The notes beneath the pieces are model-generated. The model was not told where the DNA came from. It made no database searches and worked only from the letters and a program-made list of their open reading frames with translations. This document shows positions 10,801 through 17,708 of a DNA stretch of 64,000 nucleotides, in pieces. Position numbers and translations under genes: made by a program. Origin of the DNA: Isosphaeraceae bacterium. Its GTDB lineage: Bacteria; Planctomycetota; Planctomycetia; Isosphaerales; Isosphaeraceae. How positions within the stretch are numbered: position 1 is the first letter of the stretch; each line of letters opens with the position of its first letter. The DNA is taken from NCBI GenBank assembly GCA_033763215.1, contig JANRKW010000014.1, positions 68,214 to 132,213 of the forward strand, given 5' to 3'.

Positions 10801-11534
10801 CTCGTCAACGCCAAGGTCTCCGCCGCTCGTGCGTTGCCGGCCTTGGCGCTGAACTTGCCCTTGTTCAACACGAAGATGAGGAGGCTGAGGAGCATGCCGA
10901 AGCCCGCCGAGCCGAATGCGAGGTGCCAGCCGGCCTCGGCCGGGAGCGACGTGCCGAAGAGGTCGTTGACGATCCCGACTCCGTTCTTGCGGATGTAGTT
11001 CGCCGCCAGGGGGGCGAGCGTCGCGCCGACGTTGATGCCCATGTAGAAGATCGTGTACCCCTGGTCGCGGCGGGGGTCGTCGCTCGCGTAGAGGTCGCCC
11101 ACGATCGACGAGACGTTCGGCTTGAACAATCCGTTTCCTGCGATCAAGAGACCGAGAGCTGCGAACAGGAAGATGTGATCGCTCGACGCCTTCGAGTCGA
11201 AGGCGAGAGTGATGTGCCCGGCCATCATCAGGACGCCGCCGATCAGGATCGCGGTCGAAGGCCCTGTGATCTTGTCTGCGATCAGGCCGCCCAGAAAAGG
11301 CGTGAAGTAGACGAGAGCGATGTACCAAGTGGCGATGTCGGAAGCGCGAGCGTTGGCGAATCCGAGATAGTCGGTCATATAGAGAGTCAAGAGCGCGATC
11401 ATCAAATAGAAGCTGAATCGTTCCCACATCTCCGTGAAGAAGAGCGTGAACAGCCCTCGGGGATGACCGAGGAAGCCGGACTCGGCGGAGCGCGGGGCGC
11501 CCGTCGTCGACTCGGAGGTGTTCGGCGGATTCAT
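7869..11534 (-). CDS. Single-ORF fusion of a POT-family (proton-dependent oligopeptide transporter) di/tripeptide:H+ symporter (N-terminal, ~526 aa) with a signal-anchored S9 prolyl-oligopeptidase-family serine peptidase (C-terminal, ~695 aa)
   Basis: Continuous frame 7869..11663. The chosen start MNPPNTSE is at 11534 (cat at 11532..11534); it avoids overlap with the upstream hydrolase gene. POT signatures: GHPRGLFTLFFTEMWERFSFYLMIALLTLYM (ExxERFxYY), GGLIADK, FKPNVSSIVGDLY. The junction lies near 9956, where RLFERKTP-MNNSGIAAVLLALVVWGGLDSTASAAG looks like a signal peptide or extra TM helix with an AxA site. After that comes a beta-propeller plus alpha/beta-hydrolase with PVLFLIHGGPQGAW, the nucleophile motif GGSYGGFM, and the end LFPDEGHWI. 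I re-translated the DNA across the junction by hand and found no stop or frame change. Confidence 0.8.
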   Translation of the reverse strand: MNPPNTSESTTGAPRSAESGFLGHPRGLFTLFFTEMWERFSFYLMIALLTLYMTDYLGFANARASDIATWYIALVYFTPFLGGLIADKITGPSTAILIGGVLMMAGHITLAFDSKASSDHIFLFAALGLLIAGNGLFKPNVSSIVGDLYASDDPRRDQGYTIFYMGINVGATLAPLAANYIRKNGVGIVNDLFGTSLPAEAGWHLAFGSAGFGMLLSLLIFVLNKGKFSAKAGNARAAETLALTSAPLTASDRGIAFAQTFNMVAVGIALAWLLLGPLVPWPESIAAVGLWPTDVVHFGIIWLAIETITVAMFLAVGDRVAADAARLKAVFVVVAIFWMAFHQNSVTLTFFARDNTQSDWDPETFQSVNPFLILVLSPVMVWLWSSLARARREPSTTTKMILGMIVTGLAYVVMMAAGFAGADTGKVGPGWLVGCYALLTVAELWISPIGLSLTSKLAPPRYRGLWMGFWFLATAVGNKLVHVTGQFWGKYPPSKLFLILVITSFAAALSLVVILRILRLFERKTPMNNSGIAAVLLALVVWGGLDSTASAAGRPMKVDDLLGVKSVSDPQVSPDGKLVVYVVSEYDPAAGKSNADLWIVQVEGGEPRRLTATPGPDTHPRWRPDGREIAFTSSRGGSSQVWLIPPDGGEARPLTKLPIDVSGPIWSPKGDKLVVAAEVYPGTTPEETAARDKARAASKSKVRVYDSLMIRHWDRWDDGKRSHLLVIDATTGAAIDVTPELRVNTPPAPFGGSSDYAFSPDGLEVVFTAEPVENMAWSTNTDLWSVPSSGGKLRNLTSGNPAADAQPAFSPDGAFLAFVSQDTPGYESDQWVLTVKSRETSQFVELTRTLDRPVLGFSWGPPSKVDAGTLYELIAVVDHEGTEPLVRIGFIEDEAGRLLVAAPEILTKGGVSTAATSTGKNLIHLHANSVSPAEIHRTSSDGSKSVALTKHNAAKFAELDLHRAEEFRFKGADGDEVAGWLIKPPGFDPKKKYPVLFLIHGGPQGAWHDEWSARWNYAMFTSPGYVGVAINPRGSTGYGQKFTLQISKDWTGRVYTDLMLGLDHALKTYSFLDESRMAAAGGSYGGFMVNWILGHTDRFKALISHAGVFDLTSKYGTTEELWFPEFEFGGPPWDAPDLYKSQTPSAFVKNFKTPTLVIHGALDFRVPEAQGIGLFTALQRRGVPSRLVLFPDEGHWILQPANRIEWWKAMHGWLAEHLGKP

Positions 11535-11637
11535 CGGCGGCTGGTCTCCAAGTCGATCGGGGATCCGGGCGGCCGGCCGGAAGCCCAGCAGGCGGATCGT
11601 GGTGCGACGAAGTGAGGAGGAGAGGCGGACAAGGATC

Positions 11638-13017
11638 CTAATCGATCGCTCGGCCGTTCCCAAGTCCGCGGTTCCCCGAGACCGGCAGGTCGGTCGCCAG
11701 TCGATCGAGGATGAACGGCATCGCGACCACCGGCCCCGGGTCCGGATAGATCAGCGGAGCGCGGATCAATTCGAGATGATCGGCGTGGACGACCTCGTGG
11801 TCGGCGACTCCGGCGAGCTTGCTCCGCTCGACCGCGACGCAGCCGTCGCCCGTGCCGTCGGTCAACTCCTCGAATTGACCGAGCAGGGCGGGGCCGGCAA
11901 GCCGCGCGGCGATGCCCAGTCGACCGATGATCTGTTTGCTGACGGGGGCTCGGATCAGTCCGACGTCCCCGGCGATGATGTGGTAGCCGACGCTGGGCCG
12001 TCTGCGGTAGGAGTCGAGACGCCTCAGCAGACGCGAACCTGGAGTGAGATCCTCGGCGGCCGCCCCCAGCCCGTCTCCGAGAAAGGCAAGGGCGTCGGCG
12101 CGCGTCTTGCCGTTCACCGCCTGCACACCCTGGAGGAACTGGAGCGCGGTCTGCGCCTGGGCGAGATACGAGCCGCCGTTCACCGGGGCGATCATGATCG
12201 AGCTCGCGACCTCGCCCGAGCGATCGGGCTCGCCCTCGACGAGTTCTCGGGCGAGCAGGGCCCCCATCGAGTGCGACACCAGGGCCCAGGGGCGCTTCTC
12301 GCGGTTCGCGGTTCGAAATCGATCCCAGTCTCGTCGGAACTCGGCGACGGTCTCCTCAACGTCGCGATTGTACGGATAGTCGTAGACCACGACGCCGTAT
12401 CCCGCGCGTTCGATCGGCTCGACCATGTGCAGGAAGACGCTCGAGGTCGAGTTCATGCCGTGAATCAGGCAGACCGTCGGCCGTGAGGGGTCGTTCGGCC
12501 GGTACGACTCGCGGGGCCAGAGCCCGTAGAAGTTGCGTCGACCCTTCTCGCGCTCGACCCGCTCGATCAGCCGCTTCAATCCGCGTTCCCACGCCGGTCG
12601 CGAATCGGGGCCGAGACGGTCTCTCGGGATGGTGATCCGCGCGCTTGCGGGCTCGAACGTGATCGTCGGCCCGACGCCGAGGGCCTCTTGGAGCAGCGTT
12701 CGGGTCAACGCTCCTCCGAGTCCATCGGTGGGAAGCGCGAGGATTCCATCCGCCTTCGGAATCTCGACGCCCGCTGTCTTGGCGATCGCTGCGGCGAATG
12801 CGCCGAGTTCGATCTTGCGATCCTCGCCGAGCGGCACGACGACCACCACCGGCGCCGGTCCGTCGTCGTCGTTCGAGCGACTCGGAGCCGACTGAGCGAC
12901 CAGCAACACGCCGGCAAGAATGAGGATCGAGTTCACGATCGAGATGCTCCGCGAGATCCCGGCGCGGGCTCGACGCCGGAGTCGACGATCGTAGCCGAGA
13001 GCGGTCCGCCTCGCCAA
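11638..13017 (-). CDS. Secreted/membrane-anchored alpha/beta-hydrolase (lipase/esterase-like)
   Basis: N-terminal TM/signal segment SIVNSILILAGVLLVAQSA. Oxyanion region CLIHGMNSTSSVF. Nucleophile elbow VSHSMGA (GxSxG). Confidence 0.6.
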   Translation of the reverse strand: MARRTALGYDRRLRRRARAGISRSISIVNSILILAGVLLVAQSAPSRSNDDDGPAPVVVVVPLGEDRKIELGAFAAAIAKTAGVEIPKADGILALPTDGLGGALTRTLLQEALGVGPTITFEPASARITIPRDRLGPDSRPAWERGLKRLIERVEREKGRRNFYGLWPRESYRPNDPSRPTVCLIHGMNSTSSVFLHMVEPIERAGYGVVVYDYPYNRDVEETVAEFRRDWDRFRTANREKRPWALVSHSMGALLARELVEGEPDRSGEVASSIMIAPVNGGSYLAQAQTALQFLQGVQAVNGKTRADALAFLGDGLGAAAEDLTPGSRLLRRLDSYRRRPSVGYHIIAGDVGLIRAPVSKQIIGRLGIAARLAGPALLGQFEELTDGTGDGCVAVERSKLAGVADHEVVHADHLELIRAPLIYPDPGPVVAMPFILDRLATDLPVSGNRGLGNGRAID

Positions 13018-13135
13018 TCCTCGTCCGACACGTCGGGTGAGTGAGCGAACTTCCGAATCGGGCCCGACTCCAACGTCTGATAATGGGAGTTATGTCGAAT
13101 TCGGCTCGAGCCGGAAACGTTCGCCGCAGGATTCA

Positions 13136-13591
13136 TCACTCATGACCGAATGCCGCGATGCCCGCAGCGATTGCCGCCCTTTTCAAGTCGTGGTCGAGAG
13201 TTGCGATCGGCAATCCGCGGCGGATCGCGAGCTCGAGATAGGAGGCATCGTATGCCGTCAATCCATGGAATCTCGCCGTCTGCAGGATGTCCTTGCAGAT
13301 CCGATCGTCGTCGTCGAGTTCGACGTAAATCGGAAGCGCGGAGAGAACCTCGACCCATCGAGTTGACCGCGACTCGGTCATCCTCTTCCGACGTTCTCCC
13401 ACGATCAGAGCGTTGGATACTTCCAACCGCCAAATCGGCGTTACGATTGCTCGATGTTCGGCGAGCGAGTCGAGAACGCTCTCCGCATATTGGTTGGACT
13501 CGTCCTCGAATGTCCACGACAGGGCGATGGAACCATCGAGGACGAACGACGCATCCAAGTCCTTTCGAAGTCGGCTGATCGACAACATCAA
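13136..13591 (-). CDS. vapC: PIN-domain ribonuclease toxin of a type II TA system (VapC-like)
   Basis: 151 aa. PIN acidic residues occur in the contexts VLDGSIAL, RLEVSN and LTAYDASYLELA. The start overlaps the upstream antitoxin stop by 4 nt. Confidence 0.75.
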   Translation of the reverse strand: MMLSISRLRKDLDASFVLDGSIALSWTFEDESNQYAESVLDSLAEHRAIVTPIWRLEVSNALIVGERRKRMTESRSTRWVEVLSALPIYVELDDDDRICKDILQTARFHGLTAYDASYLELAIRRGLPIATLDHDLKRAAIAAGIAAFGHE

Positions 13592-13830
13592 CGACGTCCT
13601 TCGTCGATCAGTTGACGGAGCGTCGAATCGGGACCGAGCTCGTTGCCGCGGCGGAGTTCCCGAATCGCCGCGATGGCGTCCGAGACGCTCATCGGCGATG
13701 CCGAGGGTTCGGGCACCAATCGGGCGATCGCTCGACCTTGTTTCGTGATGCGGATCTCCTCGCCTCGGGCGACGCGATCGAGGAGTTCCGCCAGCCGAGT
13801 CATGGCGTCATGGTCCGCGACGGCTTCCAT
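13588..13830 (-). CDS. vapB: Type II antitoxin (Phd/YefM-like) paired with vapC
   Basis: Internal ATG at 13830 (cat at 13828..13830) gives MEAVADHDAMTRLAELLDRVARGEEIRITKQGRAIARLVPEP. That is a typical Phd/YefM antitoxin N-terminus. 80 aa. ATGA overlap with vapC. Confidence 0.7.
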   Translation of the reverse strand: MEAVADHDAMTRLAELLDRVARGEEIRITKQGRAIARLVPEPSASPMSVSDAIAAIRELRRGNELGPDSTLRQLIDEGRR

Positions 13831-14051
13831 TCGACCCTCCGAGCTTACGCTTCCTCGAGCTCTCGATCTCGTCAGATCCAGCATGAGCGATCATAGGCCG
13901 TATTGGAAGGGAAGCCCGGGGCGTCGAGAGCAATTCGCAAGGCAACGACTCGAGGCTCCCGAGGCTTCGCGGAGTTGCCGCGAGGTCTCGGGAGCCTCGG
14001 AGGGCCGGATCATGGGAGATGATCCGGCGGAATTCGGGATCGAACTCGGAA

Positions 14052-15197
14052 TCAGGCGTTGGTCTTGTTCGTGGCCTTCCACGAGGACCAGGAGGTGATC
14101 CAGCCGAGAGGGTTGAAGAGCGAGCTGTTGAGCTTGGAGCTCGTGCGGGAGACGCCGGTCGAGACCGTCTCGTTGGACGACTGGGTCGCGACGACCGGCG
14201 TGACGATCTGGCGCGGAGCCTGGACCGGGATGCGGACTTCGACCGGAGGCGCGGGAGCCGCGACGGCGATCGGGGCCGGGGCGGCCGGCGGGGTCGACTG
14301 CTCCCACGGGTCGTTGAGGTTGAAGTCGACCTTGACGTTCTCGGAGCCGATGGAGACGCGACGGCTGCGAATCGTGCGGTCGCCTTGCGACGCGGTAACC
14401 TGGTAGTCGCCCGGGTCGAGGTTCATCTGGTAGCCGCCGGCGTCCCAGGTCTGAGTTGAGGTCACGCGGCCGTCGGCGAGGTTTCGGGCCTCGACGGTGA
14501 TGCCGCCGCGGCCTTCGCCGGGCCCGTAGAGTCGGTTGCCGTCGGCATCGCCGTAAGCGACGCCGAGCAGGTACGGCTTGACGCTGGTCCTGCGGGCGAA
14601 GTTCTGGGTGACGACGAGCGGTCCGAGACCCTTGTTGCCGGTGCGGACGATTCCGACGCCGAGCTCGTTGAAGCTGGTGTCGCCGGCGGCCTCGGGCTGG
14701 AGGATCGTCTTGCGGTGGCCCTTGGAGTCGACGCCCCAGTCGATGAGGAAGGCCTTCATCGCCTGGTCGACGGAGTTGGAGTAGGCGAAGGCGTTCTCGG
14801 CGGTTGCAGACGTCGGCCCGAGACCGACGCGACGGAGACGGGTATCGAGATCCGAGCCGTCGGCTCCGATGTGGGACTGGATGCCGGTGTTGGCTTGGTC
14901 GAGGCTCTGTTGCGTCGCGGCGGCGGCGAGGGTGTTGCTCCAGGCGACGGGCTGACGCGGGGTCGAGCCGGAGATCTCGGCGAGTTCGCGTTGCAGGTTG
15001 ACCCGGTAGTGGGCCAGAGTCGCGTTGTCGTCGGCGTCGATCGAGGAGTTGATGTGCTGGGCGATGGTCGAGGGGCTGGTCCGCGCCAGGTTGACGAGCT
15101 CGAGCATGTATTGGGCGTCGGCGCTGGGTCCCGAGAGGACTTCACGCTTTTCGAGCGACTCGAGCGTCGGGGACTGACGGTGGATAGGCCGGGTCAT
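14052..15197 (-). CDS. Secreted CAP/SCP (YkwD-like) domain protein with a C-terminal CarbopepD_reg-like beta-sandwich and a Pro/Ala-rich tail
   Basis: Start MTRPIHRQSPTLESLEKREVLSGPS at 15197 (cat at 15195..15197). CAP signature: MKAFLIDWGVDSKGHRKTILQPE...FNELGVGIV (compare YkwD GHRRNIL...EVGVG). The N-terminus carries the basic stretch plus LEKREVLS motif. Confidence 0.7.
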   Translation of the reverse strand: MTRPIHRQSPTLESLEKREVLSGPSADAQYMLELVNLARTSPSTIAQHINSSIDADDNATLAHYRVNLQRELAEISGSTPRQPVAWSNTLAAAATQQSLDQANTGIQSHIGADGSDLDTRLRRVGLGPTSATAENAFAYSNSVDQAMKAFLIDWGVDSKGHRKTILQPEAAGDTSFNELGVGIVRTGNKGLGPLVVTQNFARRTSVKPYLLGVAYGDADGNRLYGPGEGRGGITVEARNLADGRVTSTQTWDAGGYQMNLDPGDYQVTASQGDRTIRSRRVSIGSENVKVDFNLNDPWEQSTPPAAPAPIAVAAPAPPVEVRIPVQAPRQIVTPVVATQSSNETVSTGVSRTSSKLNSSLFNPLGWITSWSSWKATNKTNA

Positions 15198-15210
15198 ACG
15201 CCCTCCCTTG

Positions 15211-15429
15211 CTATGCGATCGCCGTCCTGGCGTCGGTGATTCTATCGTTCGCGACCTCGACCACTCTGGAAGAGGTCTCGTCTTCAGAGCCGTTCGACTT
15301 GAGGAAAAGATCCTCGGAGGCCTCTCGTCGATCGGTCTTGTCGAAAGGTACAAGGAGCAATTGACGTGCCAAATCGTCCGAAATCGAGCGGAGGATCTCC
15401 CGAAGACTCGCCAAGTCGTTATCGAGCAA
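15211..15429 (-). CDS. Possible small acidic protein of 72 aa, immediately upstream of and co-directional with the CAP gene. Uncertain.
   Basis: Track ORF. It lies in a lower-GC island. Codon third positions are not GC-biased, unlike the surrounding genes. This means it is either foreign or acquired DNA or a non-coding leader. Confidence 0.2.
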   Translation of the reverse strand: MLDNDLASLREILRSISDDLARQLLLVPFDKTDRREASEDLFLKSNGSEDETSSRVVEVANDRITDARTAIA

Positions 15430-15733
15430 GGGTTAGGGACGCGACAGTCGGAGAAGCGAGGTCGGCCGCCGAGAAAAACGCGTGTCAAGCCCAATTCTCC
15501 TTGTGACTCTCCTGTGACGCCGAACTTACAAACCGGCGGTTTTTACAAGCCTCGCAATCGGTGCGATCGGGACAGAACTTTCGATCAAGTTTCGGTTTGT
15601 GTCGACCGAACGGGGGCTGACGATCGTGTGGGTCGTCCGGCTTCGGGTTGCGAGTCTCGCCCGGGGCGCGGCAGAATCCCGGAGCGATCGGTCGTCGTCG
15701 CGCTTGCTCCGAGGTTCGAGGGGATTCGAGGTC

Positions 15734-17575
15734 ATGGCCGAAGATGTGTTGAACCGTGTGGCGAAGGCCGAGACCCAGGGCGAGCTCACCGCCTCCGCGG
15801 CCGCGAACATCAAGCGGTGGCTGACGGAGACCCCGTTCGCACGGTACCGCGAGCGATTGGTCCGCGACATCGAGGCAGGACGCTGGAAGGCTCTCGACGA
15901 CGCCTTCTACGCAGTGATCGAGTTCGGCACGGGTGGACGTCGCGGAAAGATGTATCCGGTCGGGACGAACGTGCTGAACGATCGCACGATCGCGGAGAGC
16001 GCCCGCGGGCTCGCCGACTACATCGGCAAGCGCAAGGCTCCAGGCGAGCCGCGCTCGGTGGCCGTCGCTCGCGACACGCGGCATCAGTCGCCCGAGTTCG
16101 CCGCGCTCTGTGCCCGAGTCCTCGCCGCGGCCGGGTTCCAGGTCTACCTCTTTCCGGAGCAGCGATCGACCCCCCTGCTCTCGTTCGCGGTCAGGCATCT
16201 CGGTTGCGACTGCGGAATCATGATCACCGCTTCTCACAATCCCCCTTCGGACAACGGCTTCAAGTGCTACTCGGCGACCGGCGGGCAGGTGATTCCGCCC
16301 GACGATGCCGGGATCATCGAGATGGTCGCCGAGTGCTCAGACCGCGAGATCCCCGAGAAGGACTTCGACCAGGCGATCGCCGACGGTTCGATCCGCCTGG
16401 TCGGCAAGGAGGTCGACGACGCCTACATCGCGGCGGTGGTCGCCCAGTCGGTCGCGCGTGATCGCGATCTCTCGATCGTCTACACGCCGATGCACGGCGT
16501 CGGAGAGACCTCGGTCGCCGCGGCCTTGGTCGCCGACGGGTTCGACCGCGTCAACATCCTCGCTTCGCAGCGCACACCCGACGGCGACTTCCCGAACGTC
16601 CCGGGGCATGTCTCCAACCCCGAGATTCCGAAGACTCTCGACGCCGCCGTCGCCGAGGCGCGTGCGACCGGTGCCGACTTGGTGCTCGCCAGCGATCCCG
16701 ACGCCGATCGGATCGGCGTCGCGGTTCCCGTCACGGGTGATCCGGCGGGATCCTGGACCACGCTCGACGGTAATCAGATCGGCGTCGTGCTGTCGGCGTT
16801 CGTGCTCGAGCAGACGAAGGCTGCGGCGTTGTTGCGTCCCGAGCATTATCTTGTGACCACGCTCGTCACCAGCCGGATGAGTCGAGCGATCGCGGAGCGT
16901 TTGGGCGTCCGCGTCGAGGACGACCTGCTCGTCGGCTTCAAGTGGATCGCGCAAAGGATCGACCAGGCGGGACCGAGCGGGTTTCTGTTTGGGTTCGAAG
17001 AGTCGCACGGATACCAAAAAGGGACTCATGTTCGCGACAAGGATGCCGCGGTCGCCGCAATGCTCTTCGCCGAACTCGCCGCAACGGTGAAGGCCCGCGG
17101 AAGCACGGTTCTCCGCTATCTCGATGAGCTCTACCTTCGCGTGGGGCATTACGCCGAGCGTTTGATCAACAAGACCCTCGAGGGTCGCGAGGGCGCCACG
17201 CAGATCAAGACGCTGATGGCGGCGTTTCGCCAGGCACCTCCGAGAGAGATCGGCGGCCTGGCCGTCGCGGCGATCCACGACTACAAGCTCCATGAGACAC
17301 GCGACCCGCGAACGGGCGACGTCACCCCCCTGCCCCAGCCTTCGGGCGACTTGTTGATCTTCGAGCTCGACGCCGAAGGCGTTCGATTCGCCGCTCGGCC
17401 GTCGGGAACCGAGCCGAAGATCAAGTTCTATCTCTTCGCGCGGACCGATACGAGCGACCTGGCCGATTCCGGCCGGCTCGAAGAACGCAAGCACGCGACT
17501 CGGGAACGGCTCGATCGGATGGCTGCGGATCTCGAGGCCTATATCGCGGCCGTGTTGAATCCCCAGAGTTCTTGA
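15734..17575 (+). CDS. Phosphoglucomutase/phosphomannomutase (alpha-D-phosphohexomutase family)
   Basis: ATG at 15734 gives MAEDVLNRVAKAE. Active-site loop TASHNPPSDNGFK. Metal-binding loop SDPDADR. Sugar-binding region GFEESHGY. Total 613 aa. Confidence 0.85.
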   Translation: MAEDVLNRVAKAETQGELTASAAANIKRWLTETPFARYRERLVRDIEAGRWKALDDAFYAVIEFGTGGRRGKMYPVGTNVLNDRTIAESARGLADYIGKRKAPGEPRSVAVARDTRHQSPEFAALCARVLAAAGFQVYLFPEQRSTPLLSFAVRHLGCDCGIMITASHNPPSDNGFKCYSATGGQVIPPDDAGIIEMVAECSDREIPEKDFDQAIADGSIRLVGKEVDDAYIAAVVAQSVARDRDLSIVYTPMHGVGETSVAAALVADGFDRVNILASQRTPDGDFPNVPGHVSNPEIPKTLDAAVAEARATGADLVLASDPDADRIGVAVPVTGDPAGSWTTLDGNQIGVVLSAFVLEQTKAAALLRPEHYLVTTLVTSRMSRAIAERLGVRVEDDLLVGFKWIAQRIDQAGPSGFLFGFEESHGYQKGTHVRDKDAAVAAMLFAELAATVKARGSTVLRYLDELYLRVGHYAERLINKTLEGREGATQIKTLMAAFRQAPPREIGGLAVAAIHDYKLHETRDPRTGDVTPLPQPSGDLLIFELDAEGVRFAARPSGTEPKIKFYLFARTDTSDLADSGRLEERKHATRERLDRMAADLEAYIAAVLNPQSS

Positions 17576-17708
17576 GCACTCCAAACGCATCACGGGTCGC
17601 GTCGCGGAACGAGGAACCATGACGGAAGACGGATCGCCCTCCCCTGCTCTCCCTCCGACCACGGATGACTCCGCGAGCCGCGAATCTCATCCTCCGCGCG
17701 CGACGCCG

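Noticed and set aside
7869-11663. Alternative longer start MGTAERS at 11663 for the POT-S9 fusion gene
   Set aside because: It would overlap the stop of the upstream hydrolase gene by 25 nt. It adds 43 residues of Arg/Ser-rich sequence before the conserved POT N-terminus. The internal ATG at 11534 is preferred.
15208-16461. 417-aa plus-strand ORF overlapping the start of the phosphohexomutase gene
   Set aside because: It is out of frame with, and overlaps, the well-supported PGM/PMM CDS that starts at 15734. The translation is low-complexity and Arg-rich.
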